From a virus (taxonomy: Duplodnaviria > Caudoviricetes): DNA of 64,000 bases. Under the pieces are notes generated by a model. That model worked only from the letters and a program-made list of their open reading frames with translations. It searched no databases and had not been told where the DNA came from. Positions 29,201-41,100 of this stretch are shown piece by piece. The DNA is taken from IMG/VR virus record IMGVR_UViG_3300032335_001269, positions 1-64,000 of that record; one strand, written 5' to 3'. The translations under genes and the position numbers were made by a program. Positions within the stretch are counted from its first letter, which is position 1; each line of letters starts with the position of its first letter.

Positions 29201-30505
29201 ATCTCCAATTTTTGTTGTAGAACTTGGATCTCCCGATGCGCTTCTTCTAACTGAATGAAGTTCTACAGATTCATTTTGTTTTGGCGATCCTGTTATATTA
29301 TTAATTCTCAATAAACTTCCCATTTCGAATGGGATGCTCACGTTACTTACATTTTGAGTTTCTCTAGGTTTTGGTACATCTAAAATAGTAGTAGAAACTT
29401 TTTCAATATCGTATCCTCTTACATATGCTTTACCTGGAGATAATTTAATGCACAGAAGATCATCTGAAGGTGTATTTCCACTCTCGGTTTTTTGGTCTTT
29501 GAAAAATAAACCATTATTTCCAAGTCTGTCATTTAAAGAATCGTGTAAAGAAATTTTAAAAGGAGATACTGAATAGTTTCCAGATTCGTCAAAAGTTCTT
29601 TGTGCTAGATAATCTTTTATTAGTGAATATTCTGTATTTGTATTTAATTTTTTAACTTGCCCAGCATCTAACCTGAGAAGTTCAATAAAATCTACATCAC
29701 TATCAACACTATCAATTGTTTTTTTAGTTAATGTTAATCCTATTTTAAACCTGTCTGCACCCGGTGCAGCATAATTTGTAAATCCTTTCGCATTATCATA
29801 TAAAGAAGAATCTTCTTTAGCAGTTACAATTTCTTCCGATACTTTAAGACCTACTCTATATGAAGGAGTATTGGTATAATAATCTAAAATAATTGTTTGC
29901 TTAGAAACATTTACAAAAATTCCCCTTACAAAGTAAATTCCAGTATCAATAGAAACTGCAGAACCAATAGCAGTTGCATCAGTAGAAATCAATGATGTAA
30001 ATGGATTCCCAGATACAATAGTTGTATTTCCATAAACTATATTCTCACTGGCAAATAATGATTCACCATCTTGGAATGGGGTAATTGCAAAACTTTCTCC
30101 AGAATCAATATATTTTACATATAATGTAATGTATTCTAAATTATTAACCGAATCGGGTATTTCAATTTTTTGAATAACTCCAGTTACACCAGAAATTTGT
30201 CCGGTAACTTTTTTACCTACAAATTGATTGATGTATAGTGAGATATTTACGCCAAAATTAGTTGGGTTTAACTTAACCGCATTAAACTGCGAATCATATG
30301 TTAAGTTGCCAGGAATTACTACAGATCCTTCTTTAAAGATATGGCTTCCAAAGGATTCAACCTGATTTTGTAAAATTGATTGAATATTATTTAATTCTCT
30401 TGCTTGTACAGGTTTTCCTGGATTAAAAAGAACTTTATAAAAATTCTTTTCGGCGTCAAAATCATCAAAGTAAGGACTTACATTTAAATTTGTTTTTTGT
30501 GCCAT
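23222..30505 (-). CDS. Large virion structural protein (DUF4815-type)
   Basis: PYFDDFD, PVQARELN, APGADR, RRYTMRDIG, GFFVDDF, DPLAQTF, GSLFKSQN, DLRSIA. Confidence 0.88.
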   Translation of the reverse strand: MAQKTNLNVSPYFDDFDAEKNFYKVLFNPGKPVQARELNNIQSILQNQVESFGSHIFKEGSVVIPGNLTYDSQFNAVKLNPTNFGVNISLYINQFVGKKVTGQISGVTGVIQKIEIPDSVNNLEYITLYVKYIDSGESFAITPFQDGESLFASENIVYGNTTIVSGNPFTSLISTDATAIGSAVSIDTGIYFVRGIFVNVSKQTIILDYYTNTPSYRVGLKVSEEIVTAKEDSSLYDNAKGFTNYAAPGADRFKIGLTLTKKTIDSVDSDVDFIELLRLDAGQVKKLNTNTEYSLIKDYLAQRTFDESGNYSVSPFKISLHDSLNDRLGNNGLFFKDQKTESGNTPSDDLLCIKLSPGKAYVRGYDIEKVSTTILDVPKPRETQNVSNVSIPFEMGSLLRINNITGSPKQNESVELHSVRRSASGDPSSTTKIGDARVYNFRLTDAAYSSATTNWDVYLYDIQTYTTLILNQALSQSQLPATSYIKGKSSGASGYVVSAGDGTTTVSVRQTSGTFIKGEQIIINGLELYPRSIANITVYNSDDIKQVYQSGVTTSFIGDSVLSKQLPIGFNASDSINITAGGVVTSPGKFFNTIKPGSIIRYQTSNGSVENFNRVTSISLTGDSMTVVGIATVTGVCNGAIGVSTNISFSIGSPSIRNLEKGFLYAEVPNSNLSSIDLNDSILTFSAQSTSAKSSSSPIVLSVSDFSLPSGLTTALFQGFDEERYSVHYTDGTTQSLTADQFSLSNNQVTLSNLTSGKTTSSINATFIKNGVQSKEKQYNRSQKINVIYSKYLESGTGISTSINDGLEYNPYYGLRVQDEEISLNYPDVAKVLAVYESLNTSNPSLDTISFSSVLNIGGNAIIGENIIGSESGCVARVVTRSTNSVDVVFLNSNRFLTNERVTFEESNIVGEIDSITLGSYNDITNRFKLDKGQKEQYYDYSRIVRNEGETEPSRRVLVVFDYFSVPATDNGDVFTVLSYNKEQFADDVPLIGSRNIRASDTLDFRPRVSVFSGSNASPFDFSNRNFSSSIKLNLTPNESTIISYDYYIGRIDKVYLDKSGEFVYVQGTSATNPKSPIKIDDVMEIATINLPPYLYTPKSATLSLVDNRRYTMRDIGLIENRVKNLERITSLSLLELSTQTLQVQDSQGFNRFKTGFFVDDFKNYDRVNLNLSLLEIDPELQEMRPIIARNSLKNYLAPSLNTTDEEVDLSTNYALIDSNVQKTGSTVTLKYTSEKWINQQLATQVENVNPFHVISYKGSVKLSPDRDNWVRTVQLPNKTISVTDFVLVERDNTVLGDRTVRVDNGADASRTELSTEFSQTVTETSSSSTRSTSSTRLVEARAEEYMRSRNTEFSITSLKPYTRYYQFLDGNGSVDFIPKLIEIANSESLENYGASSAFTIGETVIGYDNQNNKIITFRVAMPSHKIGPFNSPTTKFTANPYFRTESIPDAYSASSKILNLDTYSISEEAQGLYSGYLVKGAKLIGQTSGSVAYVKDLRLISDNYGDLIGSFFIRDPNTNPAPDVRINTGTKTYKITSSPTNEVAVAGSTTVSSAETNYISDGTLELYETTITNTTTVTNTRLTTTNITRVTTNFEQTQFPQQNRGGGKDPLAQTFTVDQDGGFLTEVDLFFYKKDSGNNPLTVEVRTVELGTPTTTVIGNSVTLRPDQIQTSDDATAVTKAVFDYPIYLAPGLEYAIVLLAPESIEYEVFIAEMGKKTIQSRNLPDSESVVYTQQFAMGSLFKSQNGSIWTADQYQDMKFTLYRANFVTNTPATAYFYNPTLNESNGYIPNLQNNPITAFPRKLSVGITTATNSTMVGILTTGRKISESTKTYNYGYIVGTGCSVSSVGLTTSGSNYVSDTSVSTYNIIGSGSGLTLNITASSGSITAVSVVNPGNGYAVGDVVGIVTSSVSSNSGRDARITITGNNNGIDTLYLSNVQGQSFTSDGTANLVYFDSSNNSVSLGNTYITNSTPVGSIYSGNFVKVNHFNHGMYAANNKVAISGVVPNTAPTTLSQSATSSSTSISVASTSNFTTFEGKSVNGTNPGYAIIENEIIKYESIGSGTLETITRGQSSTLALPHSVNVPVYKYEFNGISLQRINTTHDISDTGLDIDNYYVEIDRSSNGVNRSSDNTPSGYPQLSFSSELTSGGSRVFASENIQYDAIIPFYDAATPTAATSLSAKIRSVSGTSISGNEVSFQDLGYEDIQINSLNTLSSSRIVASKVNEDAFLTSLSRNKSFTTALTMTSSNKYVSPQIFLDTSFTDFHSNRINSPISNYQQDGRVNSILNDPHAAIYISNTVRLSQPATSLKVILSAYRHFSADFRVLYSLIRADSSEVEQSFELFPGYDNLTVDNNNDGYSDVIDPANNSGLSDIFVPASNQNQFLEYEFSANNLGQFSGFTIKIVMSSTNQAYPPRFKDLRSIAIR

Positions 30506-30508
30506 TGG

Positions 30509-32077
30509 TTAGAATTCCAGGATAATTTTAATGTCTTCTTTTTGTCTAACATTACGAGATACAAGAGGTCTATTATCAATATAGATTATATCTCCTGTTT
30601 TTTTATTTATTTCAGGATTTGCAAGACCATTTGTAAATGTTACTCCAAGATTGATAATTGAATTATTTACTGTAGTTGTAATTCCGGAGAAAGAGGATAT
30701 TTGTCCAGAAAAACTACTTGTTTCTCCAACTACATTTCCGCCAGAAGAACTAAAATTTGTATTTGCATCTGCTCGTGTTGAAATCCCAACATAATCAGTT
30801 TGATCATGTGCTGAACCATAATATAAAGATCTATCTCTAAAATATTTTAAAACTTTTGTATCCGAATCATATGATGCAACATAACCAACGGCAACTCCTG
30901 TAGAAACTGTTTGCTTAATTTTTTCTCCAATTTGTGGTAAGAATGAATTAACCGAATTAAACTGCATAGCGTATAATCCAGAAAACTCCCCACCACTAAA
31001 AGTTTCTGTAGATATAAATGTTGTTGGATTTTTTAAGATTCCTATCTGACAAAATTTTGTATTCGTTGGAAAATCTCTAGTAGAATCATCAAATCGCGCA
31101 TAGATCATTACCCTATCTGCACCAAGTTCTTTATATAAATCAAACCCGTGCCCTCTAGAAGGCGGTATAATGGGGATTAGTTTTGCAGGGTTACTGATAG
31201 TGCTTCCAGGTTGTAGAGGACCCAAATCGACGATTCCATAAGTGTATCCGGTGCCACCAGAAGTTACTGTAGTATCTGTAATTTCACCATTCGCATTTGT
31301 TTGGACAAATACTCTTCCACCAGTTCCATTTCCCAAAATATCTACTTCACCCGAAGTATAATTTGATCCTGTATTTGAAATATAGACTGTTTTAATTTGA
31401 TTACTATTTAATGTAGAATCTCCATTTTCTCTTACTGCAACAATTTGGGAATCAGTAGATGTTTCCCAATTATTTGGCAATGTTATATATTCTGTTGAAT
31501 CGAATTTTATAATATCTGATGGGGCAACTGAAAATAGATATTTCCAAACATATCCATCCTCTCCAGTTCCGGCTACAGTAGGCTCTAAATCCGTAGTTGT
31601 TGGTTCATATTGGGATTGATTTCCTGTGGTATTGATGCCACTAGATCCATTTTCTATGCAAATGTAAACTTTGTAATCACTGTTTAAAACATAATATTCA
31701 GAATTATATAACCTTGCTCCCCTTGATACTGGGGATAAATTTTCAACACTATAATCGTGTCTGTACATATCATACTTTTTACCCCTCACCCAATCCACTC
31801 TTTTAACAACTCTTCTTATATTTGAGGAAGTAACTTTTTTTCCAAAAAGAAGAGTATCTTCATACTGTGTAAGATAATTTAAATTATCTACTGGGTTTGG
31901 TATCACACCATTTGCTATTCCGGGACCATCCCAATTTAAATTTCTTCCAAAACCAGTATACAGATTTGGGTTAGTAAGACCAACCCAAACATAATAAGAA
32001 TTAGAAGAATCATCTATTGATTCTATAAAATTACTGGCATTTAAAATTCTAAATTGATCTGTTACAAGTGCAGACAT
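30509..32077 (-). CDS. gp8: Baseplate wedge subunit gp8
   Basis: YDMYRHDYS, YKVYICI, DGYVWKYLF, QKEDIKIILEF. Confidence 0.92.
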   Translation of the reverse strand: MSALVTDQFRILNASNFIESIDDSSNSYYVWVGLTNPNLYTGFGRNLNWDGPGIANGVIPNPVDNLNYLTQYEDTLLFGKKVTSSNIRRVVKRVDWVRGKKYDMYRHDYSVENLSPVSRGARLYNSEYYVLNSDYKVYICIENGSSGINTTGNQSQYEPTTTDLEPTVAGTGEDGYVWKYLFSVAPSDIIKFDSTEYITLPNNWETSTDSQIVAVRENGDSTLNSNQIKTVYISNTGSNYTSGEVDILGNGTGGRVFVQTNANGEITDTTVTSGGTGYTYGIVDLGPLQPGSTISNPAKLIPIIPPSRGHGFDLYKELGADRVMIYARFDDSTRDFPTNTKFCQIGILKNPTTFISTETFSGGEFSGLYAMQFNSVNSFLPQIGEKIKQTVSTGVAVGYVASYDSDTKVLKYFRDRSLYYGSAHDQTDYVGISTRADANTNFSSSGGNVVGETSSFSGQISSFSGITTTVNNSIINLGVTFTNGLANPEINKKTGDIIYIDNRPLVSRNVRQKEDIKIILEF

Positions 32078-32110
32078 CTATATGATTCTTTTTTTTATAT
32101 TTATATTGTG

Positions 32111-35100
32111 TTAGAGATCCTTTTTAAGAGATCCATTACTTCTTAATCCATATCCCCTTCTTTGAATAATTGGATATGTGGATAATCCAGAATTATATCC
32201 AAATGTAGTAATTCCAATGCTTGATGTATAATCCGTCACCCCTATTGAAATTGGATTATTGGATCTAGAGAATCCTGATAATCTTCCCCAAGACAATCTA
32301 CCTACAGGATATTCGAGTGTGCCAGTAGTTGCAATGCCAACAATGGATGTGTTGGATGCAATATTGCAAGTTATGATACCTAATGTGGAATTAATTGCGT
32401 GAATTTGATAAATGTTATTCAAGAAAGAAGTGCTAATGGAAATAGTATCAGTATTACTTGTGTTTATAGATGTTACTCCCTGCCCAACAGTAGTTTCGGT
32501 AATATAAACAGGATATCCAACCTGCAAGTCTGGGAAGGAGAATGGATCTCTATCTAAAGTAAACTTAAGTGCTAAAAGAGATCCAATTCCAGATGTGGTT
32601 GCAATTCCTATGATAGAAACGTCATATCCCTCTACATCGGATATATTTGTAATTATTTCATACTCATCTACAGAATTATTAGAGAAAATAAATGCATCAA
32701 AATTAATTGGCAATTGATTTTCATAATTGAAAAGACTACTATCATCAACAAATATTTGATTTGTAGAATTATTGAAATTTCCTATGATATTTGCAGTTGG
32801 ATAAATTTGCGATTCTAAAGAGTCTCTTGATTTATAAACAATTTCGCCATTAAGTATTAGGTCCGTTTTTTGTTTAGTCCAATAGAGAGGTTTGTTATTA
32901 GATTCATCAACTCCCTGACCAGTATATAGATTTGTTTCAATTTTGTCAGAAGCAGAAACATCATTAATGACTCTCGCATCTTGAGTGATTGTATTTTGAA
33001 TATTTGCGTTATTACTAAAGATTTGTACAGTATCTCCAACTTTAACAGTCTCTATCGCATTAATTTGAATCGTATCTTCATCTCTTGTGCCACGATAGAA
33101 GAATATCGCTATATTATCTTCCGGTTTTGGTGCGGCCGAGAATGTAAATGAAGTTCCTCCATTAAATTGGTATGAAACTCCAGGTTCCTGTAAAACACCA
33201 TTAATAAAGATAAGAATAACTGAATCCAAGTCAATTAGTTGAGAATCTGGGTCATTTTCGTCAATCTCAAAACTTAAAATTTCAGAATTATAATAAAGAG
33301 GAAATCTTGTTCTTATTCCATCTTGATAATTTTTTATAGAATCTATATAATCTAACTCACCAAATTGCCAAGCTGCAAAGGAATCTGTAAATACATCAAG
33401 AACAGTTAATTGAAATTCACTAATTGGAGAAGATAGACCTTTTGCGGTCACTAGTCCTACTGGTTTAAATACATCACCTACTCTAAAAGAATAACCATTT
33501 CTGGCAATGTTAAAATTCTTAACTTCAAATAAAGTAGATCCAATTCCAGTAGTAGTTGAACTTGCCCCAACCTCAATATTTAAAAGTAAACCAATTCCAG
33601 TCGCTGTTGTGTTTCCAATTCCAAGTCTAGAAACACCAGTTACGGGTAAGTTTTCATAAGAAGGGGAAGAAACATTCACTGTTGGATTAGTGTATCCTGC
33701 TCCCGGATTGACAATATTGAATGATAAAGTTCCACCTGCTCCAACATTTGCAGTTATAACAGCTCCAGTTCCAATGTGTCCACTTTCGGTAATTGCAACA
33801 GAAACAGGATTTCTATATCCGGACCCAATAATATCAATAGTTCCAATTCCAATTGCAACTATTGACCCACCTGCACCGACAACGGCAGTAACAGAAGCTC
33901 CTACGAGAGGAGCTATTCCTAGACCTCCAGTAGATCCGAGAGATACAATTACACCACCACGAGGAAGTTGATTTTGATTAATGTCATACTGTGATGTAAA
34001 TATATTACTATTGGATGATGTTATTCCCGAAAAAGTGATATTAGTAATTCCAGAGTTTTCTGTTATCAAATAGTTATTTGATGAGTTGTTAAATGTTGTT
34101 GGAGATTGGAAAATATTATTAATGAATACGATTCCATTTCCTCCAGAAGTTCCCAATCCAACAGTGTTTATTCCTTGAGAGGTTAATATAAAAGTTTGCC
34201 CAATTCCAGTAAATTGATTTGAAATATCATCATAAACTTGATTAGATGTATAATCTTCCCTTAAGAAAACTCTTCCATTAAAAGAAGCCCTTTCTCTTAA
34301 CAAGTTAGATTCGCTAGGTCCAACTAAATCGAGAGAGTTTCCTCTAGGAGCTTCTGTAAAGAAAATTTTATTTTCAGAAATATTGTAAGATCCCCTATAA
34401 ACTCTAGCGATAGAACTATCGGTATGCAGTCCGGCAGTAGATCCAACAAGTCCACGAGTAACTTCTACAAGAGAAATACTTCCAGCAAATGTAATAGGAC
34501 CACTGTTAGTTGTACCTAGTCCTACATTCTCAATACGCATATACTCGTCATCAATTTTTATTATATCCGTTGGAGTAATAGAACTAATGCCACTCAAAGC
34601 AAAAATTGTAGATGCTGTGCCAATTTGTCCTCCATTTCCAGACAATGTATGAGTTATATTGGAATATGCAAGAGGACTTTGTACAATTTCATTAATTGAA
34701 ATTATTGATTTTTCATTCTTTTTATACATTTCTAATTGATGAGCATTTCCCAAACCAAAGGATGTAAATGTTACGCCAATTCCTTGAGTAGCGTATTCCT
34801 TTCTTGTTGAAATTCTAAATGTACTATTACTATCTTTTATTGCATATACCACCGATGGTAGTATTGTTGTAACTACGCCAACATAATTTGCTGTAGCACC
34901 AATTCCCATCGCAGAAGTTCCAATTCCAATAAAAGTCGATTTTGGAGTATAAATTAACTGTTCTCCTGTGTTAAAGAAATGATTTGCAATTGTAAACACA
35001 CCTGTCGCTGGATTTAAAACATCACTATCTGATGGATTAAAAGTTTTCATAAAAATTGGCACACCTTCATATTTTGCTTCAAAATCATATTTGTTTATAT

Positions 35101-38100
35101 TTGGAGAATTTGTACCATAATACTTGGCAACTTCAACTTCCTGCCTGACAGGTGAGTAAGTTAAGGCGGGTGGGATGTTAACAACATCCAAATCTTTATA
35201 GAAATTTTCACTAAAAGAAAGTATTTCTAAGTTGCCAGAAATCGAAGGATCTGCATAGAATTTAATTATGAAATTATTACCAGAAATTTCTGCACCAAAT
35301 GTTCCTATTCCGGATGTGCTTCCAACTGATAAGAAAGGATACTGAATTGAATATGAATCACTTCCATCATTAATTGCCATTATCTGATGTAATGCACTTG
35401 TCTGCCCAAGACCAACCTTAATTGTTGATTTTGATGATGTAAATAAAGATTTGTTTAGGACTAAAATACTTGTAGATCCTGAAGAAATATTGTTAAATTG
35501 GGATTGTAAAGTTACTGTCCTCTCACTTCCATCAGATTGTCCGGGAAGTTTAAATCTATAAGTACCTACACCAACTGCAGTTGTGCCAAAACCAACATTT
35601 TTAGTTCTGACTGTCATACTTTCTGCCGAAGTATTTGTATAATTTAATGATAAAACACCACTAGAGATGGATGCTCCAAAGGAACCAATAAACCTAGAAC
35701 TGGTTTCGGTCAAATTGTCATCAAAATAATATTCGCTGATATAAGTATTACTACCATCGTGTGTTAAATATATCTCAACATAGTTCATATCAGAACTATC
35801 ATTGTTTAAAATATGAATATTGGAATAAATTGCCGAATACTTAGAAGAATCTAAACTAAAGATAGATGTAGTTATTCCACTAGAGACAATTTTGTTTGCT
35901 GCTACCAAATCTATAAATCCAATAGATTGTGTAGTTCCAATGCCAGATTTTGTGGTAAACGTATCTTGTAGAATTTTAATATCAAAGTCCGAATTATTAG
36001 TGTCTTCTGGACTAAATTTAAGATAAAAATTTAATGCTGCATCTACGTATCCTTCAATATCTGCTATAGTATTTTGATTATCTAAAGATGTTAAATATGC
36101 TTTTTGTAAAGTAAATATATTTACATCATCATTAATTGTTATAATTTCATTAAACTGAATTTCATTGGTAAATATGTTACGAGTTTGAATTAAAAATCTA
36201 TTATAATTGTTTCCTGAATTAATCCGGAATATATTAGAAACCTCAGATAATTCATCATTTTCGCTTGAAAATTGTGAACTTATATCATCTATGTTTAAAA
36301 CTCTATTCGTTTTGCATAAAATATAATCAGCAAGACGTATATTCCTAAACTTAATAAATTTTGACTTGCTATCCAAAATATCAACATCAACAACCAAATC
36401 TAAATTATTAATCCTATCAACTCTAGTATCACTTTCAAACACATTTAAGAGAGTTAGCGGAGACTCAGTAGTTCCTATCCCCGACTGAACACTTTGCATA
36501 ATCTGTGTGTCCGCAAAGTTTTTCATTCCGCTAATATGTAACAAATTATTAACAGGAGTTACAATTTCTTCCCAAGTTTTAGTACTCTTTACTGAATATG
36601 ATAAGTTTTGATAATAATCATTGTCTGGTGTTACTTGGAAATTTTCATTGAGTTTTCCAGTTTCAAATCTCCAACCAAATTCCTGTAAGTTGAAATAATC
36701 TACATTGTAAACTCCATCGACTACCTTTACCGAATCGATAGTTGCTTCATTGGAAGATTCCAATCCTCTTATTTTTTCACCAGCAGAAAGATTATAATTT
36801 CCAGATACTCTTACAAAATTTTCATCACAACTAACCACAACTAAGTCTCTAACTATAAATCCATTTCCATCATCTGATGACAATCCTTCTCCAATTTGGA
36901 AAGGTGAAAATTTCTGTATAACTTCAAATTCTGGATAATTTTTAAAGTTAATTACTGTAGCATAAGATTCCTGAATTGTCTTTGCTATTCCAGTATTTGT
37001 AGATAAACCAGAAAGATTAAATTCCAATTTAGCTGGATTGATATTTTGGAAATTAGTTACTGTAAAGAACTGATATCCATAATCTGTTGAATTGAATCCA
37101 TCGCCAAGAGAACCACTCTTTTCAATTCCCTCAACAAAAATTCTATCTCCAATTGAAAATGGTGCTATTGTAAATCCAGATAATGGTGTTGTTAAGAAAC
37201 AGGTAACTACACCGGAAGAAGATTGAATTGTGTCAATCGAAATTCCATTGGAGTTGTTTATTGCTCTGATTGTAACTGGTTTAATTGGGAGACCTTTGGG
37301 TTCTACTTCAATTTTTACTTCACCGATTGAAGATCCAGTTAAACTTGCCTTTAAAAATCCAGATTCAATTAATTCACCAGTGTCAGAGTCTACTAATATT
37401 AAATCTGGTGCTGAAGCATAATTTTGCCCACCATTTAAGATAGTTATAGAATCAATACTATTTGAAGAAGAAATATAAACTGATTGTGGAATATTTGCAG
37501 TTGGTCTTAAAGTTTTATCTGAAGCGTATTCAAATCCCTCATTTACGATTCTACTTTGCGTAATCTTACCAATAGTTTCAGATGATGGAATAATAAATGC
37601 ACCTTTACCATTTGTAGAATTGGATCCTGTAAAACGAGGAAGTGATTTGTAACCATATCCACCAGAAATAAGATTTACCTTATTAATTCCTCCAGTTGCT
37701 GTAGTGGAACTAGTGGTATATTCTAATACATCACAATCATTTTTCTGATAAGAAAGTTTTTCTGGAATATTCTTTAAAGAAACCGTAAAAGTAGTAGTTG
37801 CTATTCCAATTACATCATATCTCCCTTTATATTCACTATCTACAAATATTATTTCAGAATAATTGACAACATCAGAATCTGCAGTACCAATATAACCAGA
37901 TTTCTCTAGATTATAATAGAGTTTTTCTGGTACAGAATCAGTGTAGTCTAGAGTTAATGAAGCATTGGTAGACACACCAACAGTACCAACTCCAGAAATA
38001 GAAAGGGATGTGGTAGTTGCAACAGAAACAAATTCTTTACTAAAATCTTTATCATAGTAAATTTTTAAGTTATAACCAGATAGTGAAGAATCTGATAAAT

Positions 38101-41100
38101 TGAACGCAAGATTATTATTTTTAATTACTTCAATTTGAGGATTAATGAGTGAAATAACTTGATTTGATCCTCCAGTGAATCCAACTGAAACGGAATTTAT
38201 TGGATACTCCGTTACATCTTTATATGTTTGACCTAGTTTAAATTTACTATCATCAACTTTATGAACAAAATATTCTCCATCATCCAATGGAATGAATTGA
38301 CTTGTATTACTTAAATATAAAATTTTATCTCCACTTTTCAATCCATGATTTGTAATTTGGAAATAACCTTCAAGTGACCCCGAACCATAATATCCACCCA
38401 ATCCAAGTCCTGGAGTAGTGGCAAATCTATAAATCATCAGTCCATCACCCAACGGTGCCACACTTCCACCACCATCTATATCATAGCAAGAACTAAATGG
38501 TGATATACCAATTGTGCTACCAATTCCTACACCACCAGTTACAGAACTAATATAAGATCTAATTGAAGTTGCGGTTGTTCTTGTTGCACCTTCTGGGAAA
38601 GTAATGCCTGTTGTTAAGGCAGCACCAGGAAAAGAACCAAACATCTCTCTTATAATAATAAAACCATCAACAGAACTAACTATACCATCACCATCTACAT
38701 CAAATTTATCATAATTATCCCACACATAATCATAAATTTGCTGAGCATTTCTTGTTGCTGAGGGTGTTATTACTTTATCAATCCATGCTATTCCGACTTG
38801 ATAGTCTATTGTTGGTTGTCTAGTTGCAGAATCATAATAAATTGAAGTTGGAAACACACTTTCTGATCCAAATCCAATTGGATTGATCATTAATTTTCCA
38901 TATTTTGTATTATATAATACTTTTATAGAAGATGAGGTTCCTATTCCTACAGATAAATCTGGATTCACATTTAATGATACTTTATCGCCAATTGATAGAT
39001 TGTGGGATGTTGAAACAGAAACTACTGTGTTTATTTTGTTAATATCTGCAGTGACTTGAGTAAAGTTTGATTCAATTGAGTACCTATAATCATCATTTGC
39101 AGAAGACCAACTGGTATTTCTAAAGAATAATCCATTAGTATTTGTCGTTAATCCAACATTAGTTACTATACCAATATAATCTTTAGACTTATTAATTGCA
39201 TATAATGTTTCAGAGTTACCACTTAAAATATTGAACGAAGCACTCGTAGAAGTATTTGAAACTGTAATAGGATCTCCACCAGTTGGTTTTCTGAAGATTA
39301 CTTGCTGACCAGTAACAAATGGGTGATTTGGTACAAAAATACTTTGAGTTGGAATGAAAGTATTATATGTTGTTATTCCAATGTTATAGTTTACATTTAT
39401 ACCTACTCCAACCGTTGTACCAATTCCTACCGATTTTGTGGGGTTATAATATACTTTATCATTTACTTTTGACTCAAAGTAATCTGTAGAATTATTTACA
39501 GTAAATGAATCTGGGAGAAAGTAAACTGGAGTTGTTTGAGTATGTATTCCACCACTTGCATTTCTACTTACTCTAACCACACCAAAATTATTGTAGATAT
39601 TAAGAACTGAGAAAATTTCATTATCAATTTTAAAACTACTTCCAACTGCAACATTTTGTGGTATTGATGTTAAATAAACATCAGTTACTATTCCTGTAGA
39701 AGCATACGCAGGAATTTGCTTATCTAATATTGTGGAATATGTTGTTAATCCAATTTGATATGATCCATTGATATTTAAAACTTGATTAGATAATCCAGAG
39801 ATATTGATATTGTCTCTATTTAAAAATTCATGGTATGGTGCAATATAAACTCTAACAGTATTTCCATTAACCCAAGTAATAAGAGAATCATTATATGATT
39901 GAATAGTAGTATTAATATCATTTATTTGTTTACCTTTTATTTCTGATACTTTTGCAAATATTCCACTACCTTCAGTATCACTTTCGTCAAATATTATTTG
40001 ATCATTTACTTTATAGTCAGATCCAGAATTTACAACTTCTAAAGTAGAGACACTACCAGAAGATACTGATTCTACTAATGTCTTTTGCTGTATTATCTCA
40101 TTTGATTCTGTAATGAAATCATTATCAGCATACTCATCATTTACTTTATATGGTAAAGTATTTCTAAGTAATTTAGAATTATTGAAATCAAATGACTGAT
40201 CTAACTCAATGTTTTCTTCCAAATATGGAGACCTATATTCATTTCCAATAAAATATGGGAATTTTCCTACAAGTTGCCCATCAATATTAGTTTCTGTGGT
40301 GGCAAAGTATGCATATACTCCATCAGGAAAATCTTTAGTTTTTCCAAATCTACCATTATATTGATCTAAATTTCCACTGCCAGTATATTCATAATCCTCA
40401 ACAAAATATCCATATGGGAACTGAGTAGTTGATGGTCTATTGTCCAAATCAACTAAAGAATATCCTGGTTGTAATTTTTTTATAGAAGAATTAGTATCAT
40501 TGGGATCTTCATATCCAAAAGATCCATAAATCGGATTTCCATCATAAGCCCACCCAATAATATCCGAATGTTGTCCAGATAAATCTCCATTATCATTGAA
40601 ATTCGTTTTTGTGTTTTGAGAATAACCAATGACTGCATATTGCAATCCCTCACCGTAAGTTTCAATTAATACTTCACTTGATGGATTTCTATAAAATTCG
40701 TTTTGAACTCCATATTTGTAAGAATTATTGAGTGTAAGACTTCTAATATTTACTTTCAATACTTCATTTTTACCTACAGGCACAACTTTAATTATAGTGT
40801 CTGTTGATGTATATCCTGTTCCGGGATTAACAACTACTACATCGGTTATTTTATTATCTAAAATGACAGGTTTAACAATAGCACCTATTCCACTTCCACT
40901 AACAACCAAATCTGGAGTTGAATAGTATTCTACTCCACCATATAATACTTGCACATCAGTTATTCTTCCATTTGTAATCGTTGGTCTGAGTTGAGCATTT
41001 TTTCCATTCTTAATAATGACTTGAGGTCTTTTATGAACGTTTAATGTCGTTGTACCATAATTAGATCCTTTATCATAAACATAAACTTCTGAAATTTTTC

